Shown piece after piece: positions 35,246-45,351 of a DNA stretch of 60,999 bases. The notes under the pieces were generated by a model. That model did no database searches and was not told the origin of the DNA. It worked only from the letters and a program-made list of their open reading frames with translations. Positions within the stretch are counted from its first letter, which is position 1; each line of letters begins with the position of its first letter. The stretch comes from a virus. Lineage: Duplodnaviria > Caudoviricetes. The stretch lies in IMG/VR virus record IMGVR_UViG_3300044568_003707, positions 1-60,999 of that record; one strand, written 5' to 3'. The position numbers were made by a program, and so were the translations under genes.

Positions 35246-36196
35246 ATGATTCTATCACATAATATAGTTCCTTCACTTTGTTGTATTCACAATGGTCTAA
35301 AAGACCAAGGTGTTAAATTCAACACCATGACTTATGCTCAATACAAGAAATTGGGCAAGGACACAGCAATGAAGATTCTAGCAGACCGCTCGTTCAATAA
35401 TATCAAGACCATTCACTCTATTATAAAAGAGTGTGCCAAAAACAAATGGAATTATAGAATTGGCAGCAATGTGTTTCCATTGATGACACATCCCGATTTG
35501 AAATTTGGCATAGATGATTTTTATAATTTCTCAGATATTATATCAGAGTTTAGCGCATGTGCTACTACTATTAAACAAAACAAAGTGCGTTGCAGTATGC
35601 ACCCAGACCAGTTTGTGGTTCCTGCAAGTCCAAAAAATGGTGTTGCTGAAAACTCTATTCGCGACCTTGAACAACATGCTATAATTATGGATTTACTTCA
35701 ACTACCACAATCATATGAAGCACCAATCAATATTCACATGAATTGTTATAATGATGGCAATTTTAGTGAAGTTATTGATAGATTGGAAAAAGTTATCAAA
35801 CGCATGTCAAAATCTGTAACAAGCAGATTGGTCTTCGAGTGCGAAGATAAACTAAAGAGTTGGACTGTATATAATCTACACGAGTATCTCCACGAGCGTA
35901 CAGGTATTCCAATCACTTATGACAATTTGCACCATAAATGCAATCCCGGAAATCTAACTGAACAACAAGCATTTGATTTATCTGTATCTACTTGGCCAGA
36001 TAATATTGTTCCATTGTTTCATTTCAGCGAATCACTTGCTGGTAAAAATCCTCGTGCTCATGCCGACTTTCCTACATTTGTACCTATGGTATATTCTACA
36101 TATACAAAAGATTTGCATCTTGATTTTGAGTTTAAGCATAAAGAATCTGCTATAAATAAGATTTCTCGTCAAAACTTATTGACATTTGATAAATAA
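35246..36196 (+). CDS. uvsE: UV-damage endonuclease
   Basis: YRIGSNVFPLMTH; SMHPDQFVV; INIH; RLVFECED; YDNLHH; FHFSES; RAHAD; EFKHKE. Confidence 0.9.
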   Translation: MILSHNIVPSLCCIHNGLKDQGVKFNTMTYAQYKKLGKDTAMKILADRSFNNIKTIHSIIKECAKNKWNYRIGSNVFPLMTHPDLKFGIDDFYNFSDIISEFSACATTIKQNKVRCSMHPDQFVVPASPKNGVAENSIRDLEQHAIIMDLLQLPQSYEAPINIHMNCYNDGNFSEVIDRLEKVIKRMSKSVTSRLVFECEDKLKSWTVYNLHEYLHERTGIPITYDNLHHKCNPGNLTEQQAFDLSVSTWPDNIVPLFHFSESLAGKNPRAHADFPTFVPMVYSTYTKDLHLDFEFKHKESAINKISRQNLLTFDK

Positions 36197-36246
36197 TTGA
36201 CATACTAACTGTGTAATAAAAATTACATTAACAAATAACAACTAAT

Positions 36247-36462
36247 ATGACTAAGACAAATAAAACAAACAATGGCCGCAAGGTCTCCACACTCGTCAAG
36301 GGTTCTACTTATGAACTTTCTTTTTCTCGTCCCGTCAAGGGCGTCAAGAGCGAAAGCACTCATCTAAATGTTACGGGATTCAATCCTACCACTGGTGAAG
36401 TCAACAAGGTTCGCCTTGATGGACGTGCCGTTGCCAACCTTCGCAAGATTCTTGCTAAATAA
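36247..36462 (+). CDS. Small basic hypothetical protein
   Basis: Own promoter-like site and terminator. Confidence 0.7.
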   Translation: MTKTNKTNNGRKVSTLVKGSTYELSFSRPVKGVKSESTHLNVTGFNPTTGEVNKVRLDGRAVANLRKILAK

Positions 36463-36523
36463 TAACTAGCAATCAAAGGTTATAAATCAAAATCCCACGC
36501 TAAACCCGTGGGATTTTTTCTAT

Positions 36524-36730
36524 ATGAAAAATAAACCACTTACAAAAAAACAACGCAAAGATTTGATTAATGCTTGGGCAGGAATGCATAGTTTATGTGC
36601 ATATCTAAAAGATTACAAGACGAAGCCTGAAAATTTCGGTGTTAAATTTGACCCACATAGTTATGCCAAAGACATATATGAACTCCTTGATTCGGTTATA
36701 AAGAACGTTGATGACTCCGATTTGTGTTAA
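36524..36730 (+). CDS. Hypothetical protein
   Basis: 68-aa ORF. Confidence 0.6.
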   Translation: MKNKPLTKKQRKDLINAWAGMHSLCAYLKDYKTKPENFGVKFDPHSYAKDIYELLDSVIKNVDDSDLC

Positions 36731-36770
36731 TAATCCTTGACATTTTATAAAAAAGTTTCATACTAAAGTA

Positions 36771-37886
36771 GTGAAAATTGACTTACAATCCATCGACAAA
36801 GAGTCGTTTATGGTTCATCAACACTTTGTTGGTGGACATGAATGTTTTTTGGTTCAGCCAATTCATATTGGTGCTACTTGGAATAAAGAGAACCTTATTT
36901 ATCGTTCTTCATTGTGGGATAAAGATGGACATCCTGTTTCACTGTCGTTCAAGAAATTTTTCAATTATGATGAAAAGCCTGATATTTTTCCAGCACCTTC
37001 TGATCTAAAAAATGCGAAGTTGATGGAAAAGTTGGACGGTTCTACTTTAATCTTTTCTCGCTATAAGGGTCATACTGTTATTCGTACACGCGGAACTGTT
37101 GATGCTCGTAAGCAAGCAAATGGGTATGAGATTGACTATTTGCTTCAAAAGTATCCAAAGTTTGCAGATATGTTGAATCAAGCCGACACATACGATCAAT
37201 CGTTTATATGTGAGTGGTTGAGTCCGACAAATAGAATTGTACTAAATTATGGCGATGAACCAGAAATGAAGTTGATTGCTGCAATCGGACACGCAGATTA
37301 TACACTTACTCCGCAGAGTGTATTGGACTTGTATGCAAAGAGTTGGGATTTACCACGTCCCCGCACATTCTCTTACAACTCTGTTGAAGAAATGAAGTCG
37401 GCGGTTGAAGTGTTGAAAGACCAAGAAGGTTTGTGTGTATATTATGGAAACGAACAACAAATTCGTAAAGTAAAAGCCGCAAGCTATCTTTTTTTACATC
37501 GTGCAAAAAGTGAAATTTCTAGCATAGAAAAAATAATTGATGTGTATATTGATTGGTTTATACCACGTAACACATTATCACACGAACCAACTGGTTATGT
37601 AGAATTCTTTGAGTATCTTACCGAAAAGTTTGACTTTGAGATTGCTACAATGGCAACTGGACACGCTTCGCGCATCTGTGATGCTATGAAAGAAGTTCAC
37701 AAGATCATGACTGCACTGTTTGAGTTTGCGTCTGAGCGTATGAACATTGCTCGTAATATTGCCGCCAAAGAAATCTTACAAGCATATGGCAGCACGGGCA
37801 GAAGTGCAATTATATTCAAGATGCTAGATCGCAAGACCATCAGCACTGATGATTATAAAAAACTGCTATATCAAGTATTGAAGTAA
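36771..37886 (+). CDS. RNA ligase, T4 Rnl1-like
   Basis: SFKKFFNYDE; motif I EKLDGS; RTRG; EWLSP.NRIV; EGLCV; KVK. Confidence 0.85.
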   Translation: MKIDLQSIDKESFMVHQHFVGGHECFLVQPIHIGATWNKENLIYRSSLWDKDGHPVSLSFKKFFNYDEKPDIFPAPSDLKNAKLMEKLDGSTLIFSRYKGHTVIRTRGTVDARKQANGYEIDYLLQKYPKFADMLNQADTYDQSFICEWLSPTNRIVLNYGDEPEMKLIAAIGHADYTLTPQSVLDLYAKSWDLPRPRTFSYNSVEEMKSAVEVLKDQEGLCVYYGNEQQIRKVKAASYLFLHRAKSEISSIEKIIDVYIDWFIPRNTLSHEPTGYVEFFEYLTEKFDFEIATMATGHASRICDAMKEVHKIMTALFEFASERMNIARNIAAKEILQAYGSTGRSAIIFKMLDRKTISTDDYKKLLYQVLK

Positions 37887-37956
37887 AAACATAGGGCTTG
37901 ACTTTATATAGTTCAAGCCCTATACTATTGCATATTGGAAATATACTTATTAATAT

Positions 37957-38466
37957 ATGATTAAACTACTAAGAGAGAAATATGAATTGCTAAGAGAAAG
38001 TAAATTGTTTTCTGAACTGAAGGCAGTGGCTTCACATAAGACAGATCTTCTTACATCCAAAATGTGGATTTTACCAGATGGCAAGCCTGTGTCTTTGGAT
38101 CAATGGCATTACAGATGGTTGCAAAACAATCCAAAAATTGCATTGAAACATGGATTGGATGTTAAGTCGTTGCCAGATGAAGAACAACCTGTGCGCGTTG
38201 CCGCATTGAAGAAAGGATTTTTTCGCGTCAATTATGAATACAATAGTGGGACTATTACCATTGAAGGATTGTCCTCAAAGTTTCATAAAAAAATCAAAGA
38301 TGCTATATTTGTAATTGCGATTGACAATATTAGATCAATTGATCGCATGAAATTGACACTAATGAATGAAACACTAACAAAAATTATTAGAGCGGAAGAA
38401 GTCACATTGTTCACATACAGAAGTGAAGAAGAAAAACTCGCCGCAGTTGAAGATATTATAAAATAA
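37957..38466 (+). CDS. Hypothetical protein
   Basis: WILPDG..H..W; ALKKGFFRV. Confidence 0.7.
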   Translation: MIKLLREKYELLRESKLFSELKAVASHKTDLLTSKMWILPDGKPVSLDQWHYRWLQNNPKIALKHGLDVKSLPDEEQPVRVAALKKGFFRVNYEYNSGTITIEGLSSKFHKKIKDAIFVIAIDNIRSIDRMKLTLMNETLTKIIRAEEVTLFTYRSEEEKLAAVEDIIK

Positions 38467-38473
38467 ACAATAT

Positions 38474-38668
38474 ATGACAAAAACAAAAAATTACATTGAA
38501 AAAGCAGCAAAGCGATTGGTGATCGGAGACAAAGTGTTGAGTGCGTCGGGCAAAACACTGATAGTATCACTTGTTGTGAATAAAGGAAATAAAACTATTA
38601 TTCTGTTTGACGGCGATATGGAAGTTGATGTTGATCCGTATCTTCAACTCAAAGTTGTTGTATCTTGA
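38474..38668 (+). CDS. Hypothetical protein
   Basis: 64-aa ORF. Confidence 0.6.
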   Translation: MTKTKNYIEKAAKRLVIGDKVLSASGKTLIVSLVVNKGNKTIILFDGDMEVDVDPYLQLKVVVS

Positions 38669-38670
38669 GT

Positions 38671-39351
38671 ATGCAAACAACCAATATAACCACATTAGAA
38701 GATCAAATCAAACTTGTGGTAAAAACCAAGTTGAACAAACTCACTGCTACTCTTCAAGCAGATGAAGCATCCGACAGAAGCCAAAACCCTTTTCTGTCTG
38801 GATTTTCTCCCAACGTCACGAAGGTGATGAGCTTGGAAAGAAGTCTAATGTCTAAGCTAGGCTTTACTTGTGAGGACATTATTTGCGGCACTATTAAAAT
38901 TTTACATCCTTCTAGAAACTTCTTTGGCAGAATATATGACCAAAAGTTGGGAAAAAACGGAAAAGTCTTAAAAGAAAAGAAAGATAACGACTGTTGCTAT
39001 GAATGCATTGAAGATAATATTTCAAAAATTTATGTGTTCGAGATGAAGACGGGCGGAAAATTGGATAAAAATAAAGCTAAAAAGGATATTGAAGCGTTGA
39101 TGGAAAAATCCTTAGAATTGAAACGAAAACACCCAAACTCAAATATCATTCCCGCCGCAGTCGTACTATTCCCAGATAAGAAACACACGGGTTTATCTAA
39201 TATAAAAAATAACTGTAAAAACCATAATATTCCTTGTTATTTGGGGGAAGAGGCATTTACACAATTTGGTATACCTAATAACTATAGAGAAATCATATTT
39301 GAGAGTATAAAAGTTTGGTCTGCGGAATACAACAAAATTATATCGACTTGA
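38671..39351 (+). CDS. Putative type II restriction endonuclease (PD-(D/E)xK)
   Basis: RSL.SKLG..E; D...FEMKTGG.LD; adjacent to a DNA methyltransferase. Confidence 0.5.
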   Translation: MQTTNITTLEDQIKLVVKTKLNKLTATLQADEASDRSQNPFLSGFSPNVTKVMSLERSLMSKLGFTCEDIICGTIKILHPSRNFFGRIYDQKLGKNGKVLKEKKDNDCCYECIEDNISKIYVFEMKTGGKLDKNKAKKDIEALMEKSLELKRKHPNSNIIPAAVVLFPDKKHTGLSNIKNNCKNHNIPCYLGEEAFTQFGIPNNYREIIFESIKVWSAEYNKIIST

Positions 39352-39384
39352 CATTTGATGCTTATACTCTAGCATAGATATCTT

Positions 39385-40212
39385 ATGAAATTGAAACCGA
39401 TGTTTAAGTGGGCCGGATCTAAGAATTCAGAAATACCTTTATTTTCTGAATACTTTCCAACTAAATTTGACAAATATATTGAACCATTCGTGGGTGGAGG
39501 ATCTGTATTTTTTCATATAAACAAGGCTGGGTCTGTTATTTGCGACAATAATATTGAACTTATCAATTTTTATAAACAATTGGCGGACGGGAACGCCGAA
39601 GAAATAGTAAAACTCTGCAAATCGTTTGGTGAAACGGAAGATAATTATTATCATATGCGAGACGATTATGTTCCCAAGAATGACTTGGAGAGATCTGCTA
39701 AATACTTTTACATTCTGAAGACCTGTTATAGAGGAATGACGCGATATAACAAGAAAGGAAAGTTTAATATCCCCTGGGGAAGATATAAAAACGTTAATTT
39801 TCAAGACATTATTTCTCCAGATCACGCAAATCTGCTCAAATCAAGCACTATAATTTCTGGAGATTATACAAAAGCAATGGAATTAGCAACCGATGACAGT
39901 TTTGCATTCTTTGATCCTCCATATGATTCCGAGTTCAAAAACTATTATTTGCCGTTTGGCAGAGAAGAGCATACAAAACTAGCCGAAACTTTCAAGACAA
40001 GCAAGTGCAGCTGTATGATGGTGATCGCAAAGACTGATTTTATTACCTCCTTGTACGAAGGATGCATCACTCACGAGTATGATAAAGCTTATAGGTTCAG
40101 AATAACAAAACAGAGAGTGTCAAAACAACAACTGGAAGTAAAACATTTGGTTATATCAAATTATACTCTACAGGCAAAACTTGCAGAAAACCACTCATTT
40201 TTCTTGAATTAA
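39385..40212 (+). CDS. Dam-family DNA adenine methyltransferase
   Basis: KWAGSK; EPFVGGGSV; RYNKKGKFNIP.G; DPPY. Confidence 0.92.
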   Translation: MKLKPMFKWAGSKNSEIPLFSEYFPTKFDKYIEPFVGGGSVFFHINKAGSVICDNNIELINFYKQLADGNAEEIVKLCKSFGETEDNYYHMRDDYVPKNDLERSAKYFYILKTCYRGMTRYNKKGKFNIPWGRYKNVNFQDIISPDHANLLKSSTIISGDYTKAMELATDDSFAFFDPPYDSEFKNYYLPFGREEHTKLAETFKTSKCSCMMVIAKTDFITSLYEGCITHEYDKAYRFRITKQRVSKQQLEVKHLVISNYTLQAKLAENHSFFLN

Positions 40213-40271
40213 GTATTGACTTTTTATAAAAAGCATATCATAGTTATAGGTATATAAAGAATGTTATAAAA

Positions 40272-40928
40272 ATGAATGTTATAAACCAACCAGTATTATG
40301 TCTAAACGGCGTTTGGCAAGCCCTCGGTACTAAAACCGTGAAAGAATCTCTTATATCTATGCTAGGCGGAGAAAGGGGAAATTCTCCCGCTGCTATGGCT
40401 ATTGACATGGTATTTCCAATTGATGATGACGGAAATGTTGATTGGAACAGCCCCGAATACACCCAACCTGTTGGCTGGGAGGAATGGCGAAAGCTGCCAG
40501 TTAGGGACTATGACTTGGCGATTCACACCTCCAACATGGTTATTCGTGCTCCACGGGTTATTATTCAGCCCAACTATAGCAAGATGCCGACCGTGCAACC
40601 TCGTCCAACCAAGGAAGCAATCCGAAAGCGTGACGGCGGCATTTGTCAATACACTGGTCAAGTTTTGTCTTGGAAAGAAGGTAATATTGACCATGTTACT
40701 CCTCGTGCTCAAGGTGGCAGAAACACATTTGAAAACATGGTGTGGTGTCATAAAGATATCAACAGCAAAAAGGCAGACAAGACACCAAAGCAAGCAGGTT
40801 TGACACTTATTCGTAAGCCATTTGCTCCCAAATCATTGCCCATCAGTTCCACAATCAATGTAGCACATCATCCAAGTTGGGTACACTTCTTGGACAATGT
40901 AACGCATGTGAAAGAAGTTGTAGCATAG
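40272..40928 (+). CDS. HNH endonuclease (McrA-like)
   Basis: RDGGICQYTG; NIDHVTPRAQGG; N..KADKTP.QAG. Confidence 0.88.
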   Translation: MNVINQPVLCLNGVWQALGTKTVKESLISMLGGERGNSPAAMAIDMVFPIDDDGNVDWNSPEYTQPVGWEEWRKLPVRDYDLAIHTSNMVIRAPRVIIQPNYSKMPTVQPRPTKEAIRKRDGGICQYTGQVLSWKEGNIDHVTPRAQGGRNTFENMVWCHKDINSKKADKTPKQAGLTLIRKPFAPKSLPISSTINVAHHPSWVHFLDNVTHVKEVVA

Positions 40929-40981
40929 AACAGCATTGACAAACATAAGGATGTATCATAATCTGATACATCCTTTTATTT

Positions 40982-41335
40982 ATGGACTATTTTACATTGA
41001 CACTATGCGCTTTGCTGATTGCATATTCCGTTCGTTCTTATTATCAAATAAAGAAATTGCAGCAAAAAATAATTGAACAAGATGCAAAAATAATTGAACA
41101 AGATGCTACACATAAAAGAGCACTTGCAACAGCAGGAAATGCAATCACAGATACACTAAAAGTTGCATTTGAGCAACTAAAGAAAAATAACTCAGACCAC
41201 GTTAAAATAAATAGTAAATTGACGGAATATAACTCAAGAATACATCGTTTAGAGCAAAACATGAACCGATCTGTGAAAGACGGTTTAAAACAAAAGATGA
41301 ATTTACAATATACAGAAGAAAATGAAAACAAATAA
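40982..41335 (+). CDS. Membrane-anchored coiled-coil protein
   Basis: N-terminal TM segment; 21-nt tandem duplication (KIIEQDA x2). Confidence 0.7.
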   Translation: MDYFTLTLCALLIAYSVRSYYQIKKLQQKIIEQDAKIIEQDATHKRALATAGNAITDTLKVAFEQLKKNNSDHVKINSKLTEYNSRIHRLEQNMNRSVKDGLKQKMNLQYTEENENK

Positions 41336-41537
41336 TGAAGGACCGCGTATGGTAGAATTTGGCAAGTTGGAACTTGGAAACAAGTTTTTTCTTGGAAACC
41401 CAGATATACTAACTGAAAACGCTGCATACACAAAAATAGTCAGCCAAAAGAACAATGAAGGTAAATGGGCCAATGCCAAGAACGCATTTGGTCTTGTTAC
41501 ATTCGTACAATACGACAAAAGGGTATGGAAGAAATAA
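41322..41537 (+). CDS. Hypothetical protein
   Basis: Overlapping operon ORF. Confidence 0.6.
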   Translation: MKTNNEGPRMVEFGKLELGNKFFLGNPDILTENAAYTKIVSQKNNEGKWANAKNAFGLVTFVQYDKRVWKK

Positions 41538-41538
41538 A

Positions 41539-41838
41539 ATGAAAAAGTTTGTGCTAAAACGTGAATATATTTCTGATGTGACAGACACCAAATACATGAC
41601 ATTGAATATGTATGATGGTTCTACCATATCTGGAATGTCGCATGGCACAATTGATCACCCAGAGTTCACAAAGTTGCGTGATATGTTGGAACAACAAGGC
41701 TATATTAGCACAGAAAGAAGTTGGGTCAACGGTGACAAAGTGCTCAAACCATTTAGTTTAAATACATTTAAGTTCAAAATTGGGGAACAATTTCCTTGTG
41801 CTGCTGCGTTGGATGTTCGCTTATCTATAAAAAAATGA
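41539..41838 (+). CDS. Hypothetical protein
   Basis: MKKFVLKREY..DHPEFTKLR. Confidence 0.6.
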   Translation: MKKFVLKREYISDVTDTKYMTLNMYDGSTISGMSHGTIDHPEFTKLRDMLEQQGYISTERSWVNGDKVLKPFSLNTFKFKIGEQFPCAAALDVRLSIKK

Positions 41839-42110
41839 AAATTATAATCAATACTTGTTATGGTGGCTTTGGGCTTTCTAAAGAAGCTCTTGCTCTGTTT
41901 AATGAACGATCTGGTACAGTCAATACATATGAGCGTGACATCGAGCGAAACAATCCTATTCTAGTAGAAATTGTGGAGCAACTAGGAGAAGCTGCTGACG
42001 GGGGCTTTGCCGAACTTAAAGTTGTAGATATTCCTGATGATGTTCAATGGCAGATTGAAGAATATGATGGTAATGAATGGGTGGCTGAAAAACACAGAAA
42101 GTGGGATTAA
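41835..42110 (+). CDS. Conserved phage hypothetical protein
   Basis: KIIINTCYGGFGLS..LKVVDIP..IEEYDG.EWVAE. Confidence 0.75.
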   Translation: MKIIINTCYGGFGLSKEALALFNERSGTVNTYERDIERNNPILVEIVEQLGEAADGGFAELKVVDIPDDVQWQIEEYDGNEWVAEKHRKWD

Positions 42111-42115
42111 AATAT

Positions 42116-42322
42116 ATGAAGCAAATGGGCGTAACTCAACTTGATTTAGACAAAGCAACATTTGAAGAAGCTCAACAAGCATATGATAATCATATGATAA
42201 TGGAGTATGCTTCAACTGCTACTGTGGAAGATTATTTAAAAATTAAAGAAGAAGCTTTAGAAAAAGCCGCCAACATTATTTTAAAAAATCGTATAAACGA
42301 CGGGTTTACTAAAATTGTATGA
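42116..42322 (+). CDS. Hypothetical protein
   Basis: Short operon ORF. Confidence 0.5.
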   Translation: MKQMGVTQLDLDKATFEEAQQAYDNHMIMEYASTATVEDYLKIKEEALEKAANIILKNRINDGFTKIV

Positions 42323-42366
42323 TGTTGTTGACATATATCCATACTATTGTATAGTTAAAAACTAAC

Positions 42367-42840
42367 ATGGCAAAAATAAAAAACGAAGTTGATAAAAAGC
42401 CAAAGACTAAAAGTTTATTTGATCACATCAATGAAGTGCGTGTGGGAAAAAATCCTAAATACTTTGATACATTGTCTGATGCGGATAAAAAGACTTGGAG
42501 TAATTATATGGTATGCAGATTTTTGAGTATGCAGATGGACTTTGTTGACAGCATCAATGATTTACAATATTATCAAGATAAACTAACTCCAGAGCAGTTT
42601 TATAGAGTTTGTATTGACATTGTACCAAAAGCCAAAGTATTTGTGCCATATATAAAAAACAGCGGAGAGAAATATAATAAAACTTTGTTGACTTTGTTGT
42701 GTATGCATTTCAAAGACAGTGAACGCAATGTTGTTGAATATATGAGTATCATGACCAACGATGACATTCGCAGTATTGTGCAAAATTATGGGTATGACAC
42801 AGAGCAAATTGAAGAGTTATTGGAAAAGAGTAAACGATAA
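42367..42840 (+). CDS. Clamp-loader small subunit-like (T4 gp62-like)
   Basis: LFDHINEV; WSNYMVCRFLSM; F.PYIK. Confidence 0.65.
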   Translation: MAKIKNEVDKKPKTKSLFDHINEVRVGKNPKYFDTLSDADKKTWSNYMVCRFLSMQMDFVDSINDLQYYQDKLTPEQFYRVCIDIVPKAKVFVPYIKNSGEKYNKTLLTLLCMHFKDSERNVVEYMSIMTNDDIRSIVQNYGYDTEQIEELLEKSKR

Positions 42841-42843
42841 AAT

Positions 42844-43473
42844 ATGCAAACATCAAATAAAAAAGTGGTGGGGCTAAGTGGCGTGGCAAGATCGGGTAAA
42901 GATACATTTGCTTCCATTCTTACATATAAACTTCAACAGGCGGGTAAATCTGTAAAAAGAATTGCACTGGCTGATCCATTAAAAGCGGATGTTGATAATT
43001 TCTTGATGAAGAATCTTGGCATTTCTGCATTCACAACTATTCCAGAAGAAAAATTAATTATTCGTCCCATGCTTGTATGGTATGGCGATGCTCAACGCAA
43101 GCGCACAGATGGTAGATATTGGGTTGATATTGCCAAGAAGACCATTGATGAAACCAATTATGATTATTATATCATCACAGATATTCGCTATGATGTATAT
43201 GAAAAAGACGAGCTATACTTTTTAAAGAATGAAGTAAATGGAGTATTGTGTCATATCAGCAAATATACTTGGGATATTCAATGGGGACACAAAGTATTTG
43301 TTAAACCCGCCAATGAACATGAACAAGAAAATGATCCAAAGATTGAAGCTGCTGCACATCGTGCCATTAAATGGGAACATGTAGAATGCAAACTACCAGA
43401 AGATTTGTTGCTTGACACTCAACTAAATGCTCACGTAGACAAGTTTATGAATATTTGGGTTCAGAACTTCTGA
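42844..43473 (+). CDS. Deoxynucleoside monophosphate kinase-like
   Basis: GLSGVARSGKDT; LADPLK; YWV; ITDIRY. Confidence 0.8.
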   Translation: MQTSNKKVVGLSGVARSGKDTFASILTYKLQQAGKSVKRIALADPLKADVDNFLMKNLGISAFTTIPEEKLIIRPMLVWYGDAQRKRTDGRYWVDIAKKTIDETNYDYYIITDIRYDVYEKDELYFLKNEVNGVLCHISKYTWDIQWGHKVFVKPANEHEQENDPKIEAAAHRAIKWEHVECKLPEDLLLDTQLNAHVDKFMNIWVQNF

Positions 43474-43934
43474 CTTTCTTCATCATCTTCGTCGCCATCA
43501 TCATCATCATCATCATCGTCTTCGTCATCATCAGTTTGATTTTCCAATTCTTTTTTTAGAGTAATAAAATCTTCTTGTGTCAACCCAAGTTCATTGATGA
43601 TTGCCGAAATCAAAAATGCAAGTTCTCGCTTGCTAAATTTTTGAGTTTTTATTCCTTTGCAAAATTTTGTGGTGATGGCAACCAATAATTTTTTTCTATC
43701 ATCATCTGGTACAGGATAAATGATGCCAGGTATTGGATTGCTTTGGTCATGCATATTGGAGATTTTAGACATTTCTTCCTTCAACATTTTTTTATATTCA
43801 TTTTCATCCGAAGCCACGCTTTTTACCAATGCTTTTAGCTCGTCGATGTCTTGTTTCTTGACAATTTTTGCAACTGTGAATGTTTTTAGCACACCCGTTT
43901 TTTGTAATATGTGCGTGAAAGATTTATTTTGCAT
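43461..43934 (-). CDS. Hypothetical protein with acidic tail
   Basis: MQNKSF...; poly-Asp C-terminus; TATATTTAT motif upstream on the minus strand. Confidence 0.7.
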   Translation of the reverse strand: MQNKSFTHILQKTGVLKTFTVAKIVKKQDIDELKALVKSVASDENEYKKMLKEEMSKISNMHDQSNPIPGIIYPVPDDDRKKLLVAITTKFCKGIKTQKFSKRELAFLISAIINELGLTQEDFITLKKELENQTDDDEDDDDDDDDGDEDDEESQKF

Positions 43935-43999
43935 CGTTATTAATAAATATACAGTCATTAACATTGACAGATAGTTTTTTTTATGTATAGTAGTATTAT

Positions 44000-45013
44000 A
44001 TGTCCAATCAATTTCTTGTAGAAACTCCCGATCCTGTGTCGGTTATAACCGAACCCACTCAGCCAGTAAAAAAACTCAAGAATGTGAGTTTCAGTCAATA
44101 TAGCAAATGGCTAAAATGTCCAATGGATTGGAAACTTTCATATATTGACAAGTTGGCTCCATATGAAGCAAGCATACATACCACATTTGGTACAGCTATT
44201 CATGCTGCATTACAAGAATATCTTCGGTTGTTATATACAGTAGGAACTGCCGAAGCAGATGCTTTGGATGCATTTGGTTTGTTCAAGAAAGAATATGAAG
44301 AAGGCTTAAAAGACCTCAAGATTGCTACAGATGAACAGCTCAAGTTGACTGAAGATGAAAGAGATGTATTGGGCTTGATTACTCAAGATACAGTCAAAGA
44401 GTTTGAGAATGATGGTAAAGTTATTCTGGATCATACATTAGCATATGCTCAACGCAGCAAGCATTTTCCAAGTAAAAAATATGAACTTGTTGGTATTGAA
44501 CTGCCATTGGAAATTCCATTAAAAGGCGGCACAATATTATACAAAGGCTTTCTTGACATTGTGCTAAAAGACAAACTGACCAAGAAGGTACTTATTTTAG
44601 ATTTCAAGACATCAACCAGAGGCTGGGGTAAATGGGGAAAGCAAGACCGAACCAAGATTGATCAACTCATTCTGTATAAACGATTTTATAATCAAATGTT
44701 CAAGGTTCCTATGAGTGATATTGAAATTGAGTTTTTTATTATGAAGAGGAAACTCTTGGAAGACGTGAGTTTTCCGCAAAGTAGGATTGAAAGATTTAGT
44801 CCCGCTGATGGAAAAATGAGTGTCAAGGAAGTTGAAACTTCATTTTTAGAATTTATAAATAACGGATTTACTGCTAGTGGGGAGTATAATACAAGTGGAG
44901 TTTTTCTAAAAACTCCAGGTAAAAATAAAAAATCATGCAAATATTGTCAATTTAAAACTATGAAAGATCCAAACGGTAATTTGTATTGTAATGGAAAAGA
45001 AGATAAAATATAA
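44000..45013 (+). CDS. PD-(D/E)xK nuclease (RecB/Cas4-like)
   Basis: SFSQ..CP; FGTAIH; GFLDIV; DFKT; QL.LY; CKYC..C. Confidence 0.85.
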   Translation: MSNQFLVETPDPVSVITEPTQPVKKLKNVSFSQYSKWLKCPMDWKLSYIDKLAPYEASIHTTFGTAIHAALQEYLRLLYTVGTAEADALDAFGLFKKEYEEGLKDLKIATDEQLKLTEDERDVLGLITQDTVKEFENDGKVILDHTLAYAQRSKHFPSKKYELVGIELPLEIPLKGGTILYKGFLDIVLKDKLTKKVLILDFKTSTRGWGKWGKQDRTKIDQLILYKRFYNQMFKVPMSDIEIEFFIMKRKLLEDVSFPQSRIERFSPADGKMSVKEVETSFLEFINNGFTASGEYNTSGVFLKTPGKNKKSCKYCQFKTMKDPNGNLYCNGKEDKI

Positions 45014-45098
45014 AAAGTAGTTTTTATATATTAATTTGATTTCTTATATATACGGAATGTTATTTTCATATATATGTATATAGGAAAAACAACAACAT

Positions 45099-45308
45099 AT
45101 GAAACTAAAATCAAATCACGAAACATCTTTTACCTCAATTCACATTTTTAAAGACAAATATACTTCATTCAAAGAAGCTGGTGTAAGTAGCGGCATGACA
45201 CTGCAAAAGTTAGTCAATCGTTGTGTATATCTATACACCAATGATGCTGATTTCAAAAAGAAAATTGACGACACAAATGCTTTACAAATTAGCGGCAGTG
45301 CATTTTAA
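45099..45308 (+). CDS. Small DNA-binding-like protein
   Basis: TSIHI..Y..FK..LQKLVNR..LY. Confidence 0.6.
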   Translation: MKLKSNHETSFTSIHIFKDKYTSFKEAGVSSGMTLQKLVNRCVYLYTNDADFKKKIDDTNALQISGSAF

Positions 45309-45351
45309 TAATTTGACAATAATCAAATTTAAAACATACTAAATTTTATAT

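Noticed and set aside
43483-43532. TCA trinucleotide repeat
   Set aside because: It simply encodes the poly-Asp tail of the minus-strand protein.
44000-45013. CRISPR-Cas system suggested by the Cas4-like nuclease
   Set aside because: No repeat-spacer array or other cas genes are seen; solo nucleases of this type are common in phages.
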